Positions 26,115 through 38,800 of a stretch of DNA of 53,493 nt are shown piece by piece. The stretch covers positions 1 through 53,493 of the forward strand of contig CAJVPI010000108.1 in the NCBI GenBank assembly GCA_910592345.1, in the 5' to 3' direction. Each line of letters begins with the position of its first letter. Position 1 is the stretch's first letter. The notes under the pieces were generated by a model. The model was given only the letters and a program-made list of their open reading frames with translations, did not search any database and was not told the origin of the DNA. A program made the position numbers and the translations under genes. This DNA comes from Paraglomus brasilianum. Taxonomy: Eukaryota.

Positions 26115-28967
26115 ATTATCTTTTTTTTTTGTTTGTTTTAGCTCCAACTCAGCAGATGTGGAGATTGCATGAACTGTCTAGACAATGTGATATAATGGTT
26201 GAGTAATACTCAATATCAACAGCAAATTCCAAATGAGTTCCATTCTTATAATTGTCTAGTTTGCAATCCAGTACAAGAACCATGAGATGTGCAATTGGTA
26301 AATATTTACTACACATTATAATAATAGCACATAACTACAGATACTAATTAGTTGTTTGTAGAACCCATGAGCTGATAGGTAATGCTTGCCCTCACCCAAT
26401 AAATCAAAGCACTACACACATCATAGAATGATGTTACAACTGTCTGCATTACATCATATTGATGGAGGTTATACAGGCAGTGAAAGATCAAAGTTATGGT
26501 TTGGATTTCCGGTACGCCGTTTAACAGTTCAGTATTATTTTTTCACTTATTTCTTTTGCCTAACAATTATCCTATTTCTTATAACTATATCTACAGAACT
26601 CAGGGATACCTCAACTACTTCGCAAAAAGCGTGGAGCGGAGGGTGTAGCGTTAGTCAAGTTAACGCGCTGATGACCGCGCTTGGCCAATTATCGATATAC
26701 AATATAAATGGCCTCCTCCTTAGCTTTTGGGTTCGCATGCTAATTACGCAAATTTTGAGACTCTGACACTCATATTCTATTATGAAGAAGACATACCTGG
26801 ATTATACGACCTTACCGAAGACGAGCGCAACCGGCTCGAAAATCCACCCTGACCACTAAATTGATACAAGCGCATCTGCTTCAAAGCTGCTCACGTCACA
26901 ATCTTTAGAAATCAAATCGACGCGTACTTCTTCGCAATAATCTATTGTTACGGCAAGCTGATCTGATGAATCAGATAAATAAGGTAAAATCTTCCTCACA
27001 TCCATTAGCGATTATTATCATATGCTTGCTTATACTTCTCTGTTTTGTAGCAGTGGGATCGATCGATTACATTACAGTGATTCGATTGAAAGTGTTTTTT
27101 GGCCAAACTGCAACATAATCTTTGCTAAATACAACAAACGATTCTGGATGTTTTACGTTCACATCCGCATAATTTATGCAACTATGAGAACAATACGATT
27201 GGAAGTGAAATAACGCCTGGATCAAATCACAATCTCCGACGCTTAACTCAGTAATACAAAAGTAACGGCGTTTCGAAAAATCCGCAACAGGCGCAGTAAT
27301 AGCCACACAGAATTCTCTATCCTTTTGTAATCTCAACAAAAGCGCTTCCATTGAATCCACCGAAGGTAAATGGTCACCGTAAACTGGTTGCGTTGTCATA
27401 TTCCACATTCCCAGTTGTCCACCGAACAAATTGACAATCAGTAGTGCGCCAAATTGTTTTGTTACATATTAATGAGAAGATTGATAGCTTAGGATGTGGA
27501 TGGCAGCACAAAATACTATAATTAGAAATAGCTAAAAGAGCGTGAAGATATATAAGTAGCTCATATTCTTCATGTTGTAATATTGTCCATGTTGTGAAAT
27601 AAATAAAATATTACTGATCTTAGTAATATTCTCCCGCAATCCTTTATTATAAATATACATTTTATTTCTATCGCCGACACTCCAATAAACGGCTGTAACG
27701 GAATAGTATTGATTGATTGCTATCCGCTGATCAATTACGTGAATAACGGAACGAGAATTCACAATTAATTATCGAGACGATTATTGTTTAGAAAGACAAC
27801 AAACAAATCGAAGACAGCCTTGTTTAAATCTAAAACAGTATTATTCCCCTTCGATTCTTTAATAGAATAATTGTTGTTATTATTTTATTATAGGTACCCT
27901 AATTTGTATTCACGAGTGTTTGAAACTCGGATAGGGAGTGAGTAGCGCGCATAATCAAAATAGGTCACTTGAGGCTTAATTTAATCTTAATTGCACAACT
28001 ATCGTAGTAAGAGCGATAGTACGAGCTAAACCTGGTAACATCCCCCGGTCGGCGAACACGTCTACGCGAAAAGATAAATCGCTCTCCCGAACCCCCAAAT
28101 TAATTCCCGACTGTAACACTAAAATAAAAGGATGTTCATTATTAACGATAAATTATATTAAGACGAAATAAACAATTCCTTCGCTGATGCGCAACCAACT
28201 TGCCAAAGATTGTGAATACCTTATGGTTGATTGATGAAATGCTAGTGTAATTGAAAGAATCTCGAGTAATGGGATACATGATATCGGTTGATTCTCGCCA
28301 CGTCGGGATTATTGTTGACAAGACCGTATTATCTGTGTGAGCCAGAAACCCAAGAAACAGACATCGACTATAAGGTTGAGTATGAACTAAGTCTCAAGGT
28401 CGACTGATCAATCGCTCTCCCTTCAGCTGCGACAGTTGCTGATCTGTGAATACATTACATACTATGTTCATGTTATTGGGCATTCATTTTAACATTGTGG
28501 TATAATAACCCATTAGCAATTGCATTATTTTGTGAGCATGAGTTAGAAAGTTGAAAATAAAAACACACATATATAAGAAAGGTAGGAGCGATCCCACACT
28601 GCATCCAAATTATTGTTATTGGAGTCGTGGTCACAAGATTACAGAAGTATCTCTAACTTCTCGCTTAAGCTGATAAACTCCTTCCGAACAGAAACTTGGT
28701 CTGTTTAGTTTTTAAAGAAGACCATCCCAACTTCTCTTATATTATTTGAATTTCTTAATCTACTAATTAGGTAATGTAAAAACAGTCGGACAATACGATT
28801 GTTGTTTTAATCAGTTTAGCTTGTGATAATTTGTTTGTCTATCAAGAATGCTGGATGTCTTGGCGTAAAAATCATGCGTATGGGTTTCGTGCGAACTGTT
28901 GTGCTGCTTCAAGGTACACATGGCAAAGCGCCTGCAAACATTAGGTATTATTGTTATTTTTGTTTTG

Positions 28968-28969
28968 AT

Positions 28970-29023
<54 letters not shown>
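28968..29023. repeat. (ATTT)14 microsatellite
   Basis: Perfect tetranucleotide run directly upstream of the truncated Fanzor relic. Confidence 0.95.
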
Positions 29024-29027
<4 letters not shown>

Positions 29028-29029
29028 AA

Positions 29030-29950
29030 TTTTAAGGACAAGAAAATATAGGAATCAGCAAAGTTTGTCTTTAATTCGTGCGCGGGAATTTTTCAAAATC
29101 CACGTGGAACCGTTTCATATTAACCGTCTTCATAATCCATCAATGCTTTTCGCATACCGTCATAAGCCTGTTATCACTCTGGACGACAAACGCGATTTGT
29201 GGCCGCTTCATTTCGAAAAAAAAAAGGCATAGTAATAAGTGGCCTGTTCCTCACAGAATAACGTCCGATTGCAAGATCACATATATTCACAAAACTAATA
29301 AATGGAAATTTGCATAGGGTTTACGAGACGCAAAAACAACTCCGCGAAACCCAAGCGGATGGTTTTATTCATGCAGTTTCCATTGACTCTGGCGTTCGTA
29401 CACCCTTCACTCTCCTACTAAAGGTGTAGGTAAAATTGGTCAATACGACATTGGACGAATTATTCGTCTATCCAAGCATATGGATAATCTTCTTTCTATA
29501 AAGGCTGCCTCTAGTTCAAAACGTAAGAAGAAAAAGGCCTTGCGACTTGATAAGGCAATCTTTGAGATGCGACGAAAAATCAAACACCTGCAAAGTGAAG
29601 TTCGTAAAAAGAGTGTCGCATTTTTTACTCGCGAATTTGATGCTATTATCATTCCTCTTTTTGAGGTGTCGAATATGGTAAATCGAAAAACAAAAAAGAT
29701 AACACAAAAACCGTTGTGAAATGCTCTGTTGGGTCCACTATCAATTTCGCCAACATTTGGTGGCTAAAGCAGAAGAATTAGGTGTCCATGTTAATGTCAT
29801 GTTATTATCCAAAATGAGGCCTATACTTCAAAAACTTGCAGATGGTGTGGGAGCGTTCAAAAAATAGGAGGGACCGAGATGTACAAGTGCCGACTGTAAT
29901 GAAATGGCGCTCGGGGAATCTTCCTCCGGGCATTGTTTGATGGAGCCTTG
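29030..29950 (+). pseudogene. 5'-truncated, frameshifted Fanzor2/IS607-TnpB-like RNA-guided endonuclease (copy 1)
   Basis: Stitched frames give KRDLWPLHFE..ITSDCKITY..; RuvC-I-like AVSIDSGVRTPFT (about 29375-29410); PTKGVGKIG; RRKIKHLQSEVRKK; FDAIIIPLFEVSNMV; WVHYQFRQHLVAKAEELG; QNEAYTSKTCRWCG (about 29810-29851); IGG..YKC; NGARGIFLRAL (about 29903-29937). The DRD segment is deleted and there are several indels and stops. Confidence 0.9.
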
Positions 29951-30029
29951 ATTCTCTCCGGAGATCATGCAGGAAATAGTACTATTGATATGTCCGTCCA
30001 TATTGTGGTATTATTCCTCCAACAATGAT
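29950..30029 (+). ncRNA. Candidate omegaRNA scaffold / right end of the Fanzor element
   Basis: Hairpin GATTCTC-TCCG-GAGATC (29950-29966). Long stem AGGAAATAGTACTATTGATATG-TCCGTC-CATATTGTGGTATTATTCCT (29971-30018) needs several G-U pairs. Both lie directly 3' of the RuvC-III region, where TnpB/Fanzor guide scaffolds are known to sit. Confidence 0.45.
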
Positions 30030-31389
30030 ACTCTGCTAAAAATAAATCAATTGAAAGGGAGTGTTTATGTTAAAGTTTAGATTTGGCATGTTTATTGTTA
30101 CATTATTGTTATTGCTATTGTTATTGTTATTATCAGCATTATTAATGCGCTTGTACTTGAGGATTCCACCTATGACGTATTGAAACACAAATTTACTGTC
30201 AGACGTAAACAATGCTGATAGGGAGATCTCTTTTATTTGGAGCAACCAAGCATTGAATAAATTACTAAGCATGCCTTCAATAACATTTTATATTCGGCGG
30301 CATATTCGACAACGGACATGTATCACATGCATGGATATGCAAAGTCATTGATGGATAAGAACTGTCTATATTCAATTATGCTGAAATCCCTCAAATTTTA
30401 TTTCCAACATAGTGACACTACCAACAAGTAAAGAGTTTGTAAAAATTTATCAAGAAATGTGAAAGAAACCTCTAAAGAAATATTTATACTATATATACTA
30501 TATACGAATATTTGGATGTGAAGTAAATATACTCGTGTGCAAAATATACAATTCGAATAAGATTTTACCAATGGAGAGAGGAGGAAGAAGGAAGAGCAGA
30601 TTAGAAGAACCAATGTTTTCGAAGCAGATAAAATAACAAAAACTACACAAATATGCGATGTACAATATGTAATCAATATAGAAATAAGTGAAATATTATA
30701 TTGGGTATAAAAAGATATTATATACCCAAGAATGCAATGAAATATTAATGCTAATTGTAATGAAGCAACTCGGCTCTTCCAACATCCATGCATAGGTATT
30801 ATTACGAGTATCCTGGTGTGTTATATTAGTAAGTAAGAACTTCTCCCTCCTACTCCTAGGAAACACAAAAATAACCTCAAAATGGCATGCTAAAAATATT
30901 TATAACTCAAAATCGCACGACTACTATTTATAATACTATGATAACTAAAAATAACTTTTGATTTTAAATTTTTGTGTACAGGTTTTTCAAAAGAAAAACC
31001 AACTCTACTTGATGTAAAAATAAAGGGGAGAGGGGGGAAATATTTAAAAATTAATTTTGAAAGGTTGAAAAAAAGGTCAATTAACAAGGGAAATGGGAAA
31101 GAAAATTGTAAAAAAATATGTGCAAAGAAAAAAGGATTATAATGTGGACAAAATATATACAAAAGAGTAAACAGGGAAATCAAAGGTCAAAAAAGTCCAC
31201 TTGGTTGTAATTGAGTCCTCGACGCATTGGAACAAAATCCAAAATCAAAATAAGCGCCATAGAATGATAAAGGGTCGTTATTAATGTGTACGTGCATAGA
31301 GAACGAGTTGAATATCTGAACAAGCTGATCACTGAGCAAATTCGTTTTTACACAGCCGAACGAATTTGCAAATCCCATCTATAATAGTC

Positions 31390-32569
31390 TTAACAAACAC
31401 TCCTGGGTTTGTTCTCCGCCTTAAAATTCACGCTTCCGACACTAAGACTTCTCCTTCGTCCGCCTTCAGACAATGACAACAAAATAGCCGCTCTGGAACC
31501 TTTCGAGAAAGACATAGTGGCACCGTTATCCGCAATATTTCCATGCTTGTCTACATTTAGGCTCTCATCATCGTAGGGTGCGTTCAAATCACCAGTGCTC
31601 ATCTTCTTATGCATATACGTGAACGAGGATCTTTTTGGGTTACTCGAGACTGGAAAGCGTTGTTCAGGTGAAAACGATTCGTCCAAGGGAAGCGGGTTAT
31701 TGGCGCGAGTAATTGGAGACGAGCCAAACATCAGATGAGAATAGTCGACCGACAGACGTTCAAGAACCGTTGGTCTTAGAGCCTCAAAGTGGTTTCCTTC
31801 GATATTACGATTTTTGTGTGGTTGTCTGATCTCGATCGCCGAGGTAGAGTAACTCATACGGGCCATGGCCTCTTCGTCGTCGTCGTATTCAGAGCCTTCG
31901 TCGTCAGAAACGCTTGGAGGTGAGATGTGAGTTGTATAAGTGGGTGAAGCGGATTGAGAGACGGGGCGGGAAGAATCACGTGAAGAAGTAGCTATGATTT
32001 CCTTCAGTTCGGCAAAGGCTAGAGCTTCAGAAGTCCTGCAAGAACATGGAAGAAAAGTGTTATTTAAACGGTTGATGGTGGGGGAGATAAAAAGCGGATT
32101 GATACAAGCAACCGCATTTTCATGACTTTAAAAAACTGATTAATGCTACTTACATTTTTTCACGTCCAAGACTTCCAGCGTCCTCGGACTCGTTTTTCAC
32201 TCCACCATAAAGTTTCATGCTCTCCCTTTCTACCACTCTTTTTATGCTCACAAGTTTTTCGTCAGATCCAAATCCACTTAGCAGACGTAGACCAGCGCAG
32301 CACAGGGCTTTTTTCGGGTACGGAGCGATAATACTGGGACCCTTGTCGTTAACATCTCTATACCAATGCGGATTACCACCGTGATTACCTGGAATAGAGT
32401 TTTTCCTAGAAGATGGGTGTTCGGCAGAACGCGGTCGAGGGATTGCGTCCGTATAGGCACGGTCAGCGTTGGAGGAGGCAGAGCTTGGACGTGGAAGTGG
32501 AGAGGCGATGAAATGTTCTGTGCAAGTGCGGTCATACTGAGAATGAAGTGGACTATAAAGAAGCGTCAT
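31390..32569 (-). CDS. Hypothetical Ser/Pro-rich protein (about 353 aa, exons 32154-32569 and 31390-32035)
   Basis: GTAAGT..TGCAG phase-2 intron 32036-32153 joins two ORFs in frame (GREKM-TSEALAFAELKE...DDDEEAMARMSY...PRSVC*). No family recognised. Confidence 0.75.
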
Positions 32570-35500
32570 TTTGAATAAGTCGAGTTTATGTGGGTTGGGT
32601 GATTTTTCGAAAGAAATGTGTATTTGTAGCGTGCAAGTGTATTATGTAAGTAATAGTATATATTCACAAGTGATGAGTTTTGTTTTCTTCCTTTTTCCCT
32701 TTGCTTTCCGAGTCGAAGCAGTTCTAAAGGAAGTTTGGAGTTATTATTAGTTTTAGTGGGTTATATTAAGATTTATTATTTTTGCTGCCCTTCCTCTTTT
32801 TTTTGATGGGAAGAGAAAAAGTGAAGTTTTTGGTTGGTCGAGTGTAAGTGGGGTTCACCCGAGCTTATATGTATTTTTGACCGCAGCTTAGCATGACAAA
32901 TGACGGGCATAAGAAATAATGCCAAGTCAATTAAAAATTCCGAGTCCAATGAATATGAACACAACATTAACCCGACTGAAACTCTTTTTTTTTTCTCTCT
33001 TTTCCTTGCCTCTACTCCTATCACAGCAGCCCGTCTGACTTGATACCGTCGTTTCATATTGGTCGGTCAAACGGGAGTGTCACATTACGTTATCAATAGA
33101 AATAACACAAACGATAAATACTGTTGTTTGTTGAGCAAGATAGAGAAATGAGATGGGAATGGGAATGTGCGTATGTACGAACACGTACGATGATGATATT
33201 ATAATTATAGTTCTTCTTACACACAACGTGTCTTTTAACGAGGATGGTATATTGTGTATATACACACATTTTGTATTGTATAATACATATATTGATCTAT
33301 TGTATAAATTCGTGCATCGTTTTCCTGCAGTTTGTCAATAACACGATTCTGAGTAAGACGAGTTCTATAGATAAATATAAGGTTTTAGCCCATTTGTATA
33401 AAGCTACACACTCTTTTTTGTCACTTTCCAACAACAACACAACAACGACTACGAAGAATCATTCTGTGCATCGTTGTGCATGCAGTTAATTAATATTATG
33501 ATGATAAATAATTACAAATTTATCACAAACGATAACAATAGATTAGTGTTAAAGACAGTAGCACCTACGCAGAAATCACATGATAATAACAAAAACGATA
33601 AAGATCACTTGATTGTTCCATTTCGGGGATCAGAAAAACACTTTCGGGTTTTGCCGTTTTGAGCGAAACAAATTATTCGAGTTCAGTATTAGTATTAGTA
33701 GAGTATTCGACTATCCCATATTTTAAATATCCCATTTCCCAACAACCTGAGATCGGGAACACATGAAGAGGTCCTGCTTTTCTCGTTACGTAACAATTAG
33801 TAAGTAGTACGTCATTTGTATTCCCCTCCCCCCCATCACAAATTATGATGGGCGTCCGATATCGGCTATCGCAGATTTTGACATTAATGGTAAAAAAAAA
33901 ATCCCCAACTTTTTCACACGAATAAAAGTTTTTTACTTTTGCTCGTGATGTCACACAATTACTTTAGGACGCAGTTTTTTGACAATATAAAAGTTTAATA
34001 TATTATCGTGTTATAAATGTCCTGACCTGAAGTTGGCAATATAAGCTTATTGTGTGTATCGTTCACATAGTTTATTGCTTTACACCAACACCAACACGAC
34101 ACTTGAAAAAAAAAAGAGAGTTCTCAAGTATATAGAGATTATGATCGTTAATACGATCTTCGAGCAATGCAATGCTGATTGTGACATGTGACATGGCCAT
34201 GTGTACATGATGTCAGAACTCAACGGGTTAATGCGTGGTTGCAGGGATGCGCTAAAATAAAAAATAGTTTGAACGTATCAAATACTCAATCACATAACAC
34301 TGAATAACAAGCCGATCTTGTCAATATCAAAATATTTGATAATAAGCGAGTGCTTATCAATACATAATTTATATTTGTTATTATGCATGTTATTTATATT
34401 AACAAGCAGGGTTTATAATCTTCTGGATGACTTTTAAACCCTGACATTGCTATTGTATATATATAATAGATGTAAGGATTACTGTCCCCCTTCTATAGGA
34501 AATGTCTCTAAGAATAATGGCTACAGGATGGTGGCCAGACCAGCGAGCATTACGTGCCTTTTTGCGTGAGATTGGATATAATACAATGCTAACCATTAGC
34601 ATACAATAATGTGTTGTCAACCGTTATATCATAATCATCAATTGACGTAATTGCCTTGGTGCTAATCTTAATATGAAATCTGCTAGTGAAATTACAGTTT
34701 AAATCTAACTTGTGAAAAGAAAAGTCGTTAGCCTCACCGTGTCAAAAAAAAAACCACGCAATATGAAAATTTTTTTAACAATGGCTGGGTTTTCGCGTAT
34801 TTACGTATTGCGCGAATGCCTGGTACAAAGACAAACGTTGCTACGAAAGTTTAATTGCGTGGCCTTAATTGCATACTCACGTAGCATACAAGAGTTGTAA
34901 AATCTACTCATTACAACTTTTATCGCAGGTTGCCTTAATTAGACGTAGCTATTTCTTAACCCCACTTTTTATATGTCTCATTGCCTCAAGAATAAACTTA
35001 CATTCGTATCTACAGCATTTTAAAAAAAAGTTTAAACTTATAATCGACGATGTTTCTCTAATTCGCTGCAAAATGTCACACCGAATAGAATTATCATTAG
35101 AACAGCAATTCCTAGTCAGAGTATATTAACAAATTACTCGACGCGTCTTTAAGAAGTTTCTTACTCCCATTCTTGGCCTCTTGTTTTCGAGGTGTTTGGT
35201 GCTCAAGTCAAAATGCCATATGTCAGAATACTATTGCTATGTGAATAGAAAATCAGAGTGTTAATACTGCCGTTATCCAAAATACCACGTGACTTACCTT
35301 TCCTGTGTTATCGTTATTACGCAAATTATATCTGTAGGAAAGACTCGACCTGCGTATTTGTTTTCTTTCTTTTGAATTCAATTAATAATATCGACGTAGA
35401 ATCTCTTGATCATTCTCGGCCGCTTTGTGAAGTTTGCGCAACCCTTGAATTGTATGGCCTTCCAATTTCAATCATTAACAATTGAAATGACATTCTGTAG

Positions 35501-35897
35501 GACATCTCTCGTACTATTTGATCATGACCACAGAGTTAACATCACCAAATGAGTCCGTCTTCTCTAGATGCTGTTATCCAACACTCGAAGCTATTCTCCT
35601 ATTTGTCACACTGCCAATACTTTGAATTTATGATTTAAACTTGGATCGTAAAAATGAAACATTTTGTTCGGTTCCAAATCTAATGAGATTGTTTTCAGAT
35701 ATAAAACTCTTCGATACACCCATAATATTGATACAGATATAAACTTTACCGTACATATTTATTTGTTTTCAGAAATAATTTCAACGTCTTTTGGAATCCC
35801 CCTATTAACTACCTCAACGAAAAGCCCCTTCCCTATTAGTGTCTAGCCCGTACCAACAACCATCTGTTACCCCTCCTAAATATTATCGTACACCTTA

Positions 35898-38800
35898 TTA
35901 TCCGCTTGTAAGTCGTAATGTGGCTTGCCCTCTCTCTGGATCATGCAGTCGATGAATTCGTACATCTGGTCCAGGTGCTATACTGCTAGCATCTTGAGGT
36001 GTAATTAGTATATACTGAGTACAATCGGCCTCACGTGCACTTTCAATCTATAATCGGCAAAAAGTTAATTATGATAAAGTGCAAAATTGAATAGAAAAAT
36101 AATAACGTATATACCATCATCTTCATGCTTATTCGACGATTTACAGCATCCATGAATACATCAAATTCATCTAAACTATAGAACGAGAAGTGCGTTAGAC
36201 AATGGCTCAGTTCTATTGTCTTATGACCCATATGCTTACCATCTTATTGGACAACTTATGCCTTCCCATAGGGATAAAAGGAAGCATATCGTCGAGAATG
36301 ACTTCTCGCCACCAGATAGCGATCTTGGGTCTTTATTCGAACTCTTTCCCATTTGATCATCTATTTGAATCTAATATAAAAATAATATACGAAAAGAAAT
36401 TAAATAAAGAACATTATCATCATCTCCAAAACATCCAATGTACCTTCAAACTTAGTTTTTTGTGGTCGTGGTCGAAATTAAGTTTTCCGTGGAAGCCACG
36501 TTTCGACAGCTGCCAGCAAAAATTAATCCTAGCTCGCAAAGCAATGTATTGTCTAAAGATGTGCCACTTGCGCATACGATTTTCCAGTGCAATGCCCAAA
36601 TCCTAGTAGTCGAAAAATGGGGACAAAATGAGGAAGCTTCTATTGTCATTAGAAAAAATTATCAAGAAAAGTACCTTAATGAAAACTTCTTGGTTGTTGA
36701 TTTCAGCCCGAGCTCGCGTATAAGCTTCACGCTTCCTCTTCATATCAGCACCTATTTCTTCGAGGCTTTTCCCATATCTGCAAAATATTTAGTCGTTACA
36801 TAAACATTAACGCAAGAGAGTTTAATATATATATTCTATACGTACTGTCTCTCTCTTTCTACTAGTCTTGATTGAATCTGCTTGATTTCCCGGTCAAGAA
36901 CGCTTGCTGATTTAGACACTTCTACTCGTTCTGGACAATAAGCCTCGGCTTGTCTTGTTGCTTCCTGTGCAGATATTCACTGTTTAAGTCTTGTAATCGC
37001 TTTTGATACATTACTGTTTCTGATATTGAAGCCATACCTCTAACGTCGTCTTTTTTCTAGTCAAGTCTTCTTCCGAACTGGCAACTTTTCTGCGCTCAGC
37101 ATCAAGTTTGTTTGTAAAATATGATATATTGGACGATAGCTTTAGCCGGTCAGTTACCTTTGCTTCCACTAGATCCTGGTATAAATATGTGAAATGGTAT
37201 ATTGAGTACTTTCATGTCTGAAACCATAACGTCAATAGAATAACCATCAGCCTCACTCTAAATCTAGTGGCATCTTCTGACATGGCCAAAAGTTGCCGAT
37301 GCACTTCTTCAGCTCTGGTAACCAGAGGACGCTGGTCCTCATTTATTTTATCAGATTGATGTCGTAGCTCGATGAATTGTTTTGTATATAATCCAATTTC
37401 CGCTTCTATTTCCTGTATGTGTCAAGTAGATGTTGAGTATGTACCTCATTGACATTAAGAATACAATAAACAATAATCAAAGAAATATTTACTTTTATAG
37501 CATCCATTAGTGCACTAATGTTGGCCGGTTCATCTTCCTATTTAATTTAGGTTGGATAAATTATGCATTACTTCATATATTCTGACAGTCAATGGATTCC
37601 TCAGAATGGATAAATACCTGGAGTTTATCTCTCAGTTGTTGTATTTCTGCGCGAAGCTGTACATTTCGTTGATTGAGCGTCACACATTCCGCCTGAACCC
37701 AGCATAAAATATATTAGTAACCATTTATTATAAATACATTAAACTCAAATTGTCTCTACCTTGAGAATATCATGTTTCCTCTCCAGTCTATTGACCTCTG
37801 CATTGGTTCTCTCACTTTCTTTATTGGACCGTTCGAGCAAATTTCTATTCTCAGTTAGCCTTTGGTTTGTTCGGCTAGTACGATAGAGCACAGTTAGTAA
37901 TCTGCAGTCACTAAGTAAATCCAATGTCTACTTTTAGCTTACAGAATCTGGACATCAATATCATTGGTGAATCTAGAGGTACCGTAATGTTTAGGTATTG
38001 CTTGTGATAAGAAACCGCCATTTCTACAAATCGCATAAAAGAAATGATTTGTTAAACATATCATGCGCTCATGAACGTCAATTTAAGACATAAGCTATGA
38101 CTTGCACTTACTTGGAACCAATGCGATATCCATCCATCGTATAACACCGGGCGACGTTATGAGGATATCCTCGCCCCTCATTATACATAACGTCATCTGC
38201 TTCAGCACGTCTTACGATTAAAATAGTTGATTCTATACGGAGACTGTTGATAAGTAGTCTCTTTACATACTCATCGTCAATCTAAGCATCAACGCGAAAG
38301 CCATGTACATTATGTAATATTAGTTTAAGGCTAAATGCATATCATAATAGACTTGTTGATTACCTGCAATACACGTAAAATCGTTAAAAACTTCGGCGCG
38401 GGTTCGCCGTGACTATAATCAAACCTGTCAAGACCATTGACAAGTATTGAAGATTGACTAAAAGCAATACATATAATACAGTTAAGAATCATTCATTAAA
38501 TTGTTAAACTGGACTCCAAATCAAATTACCAATTGTATTTTCTCATAATACTAGCCAATAACTTCTGATCATGGTAATCAATTACCCCAAATGCACCCAA
38601 ACTTTGTCCAATTACTGAATCCAAAGTCGGACCCCATTCAGGCTTCAACAATTTCACGTAAACTCCCAATGGTCCAACGGGTTCTTTATGCCATCGATGC
38701 TCTCGTTTTATAGCTTCTATGACCGCCGGTATCGCTGTACCGTATATATTCAACCTGTTCCTTTTCTGATCGTAGAGTTGTCGTAACCCTTGTTCTTCTT

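Noticed and set aside
26700..27430. 120-aa minus-strand ORF with an interrupted continuation
   Set aside because: Non-ATG start, internal stops downstream and no motif recognised.
30300..30800. Possible second LINE tail (HAWIC, NIW)
   Set aside because: Motifs are too short in very AT-rich sequence.
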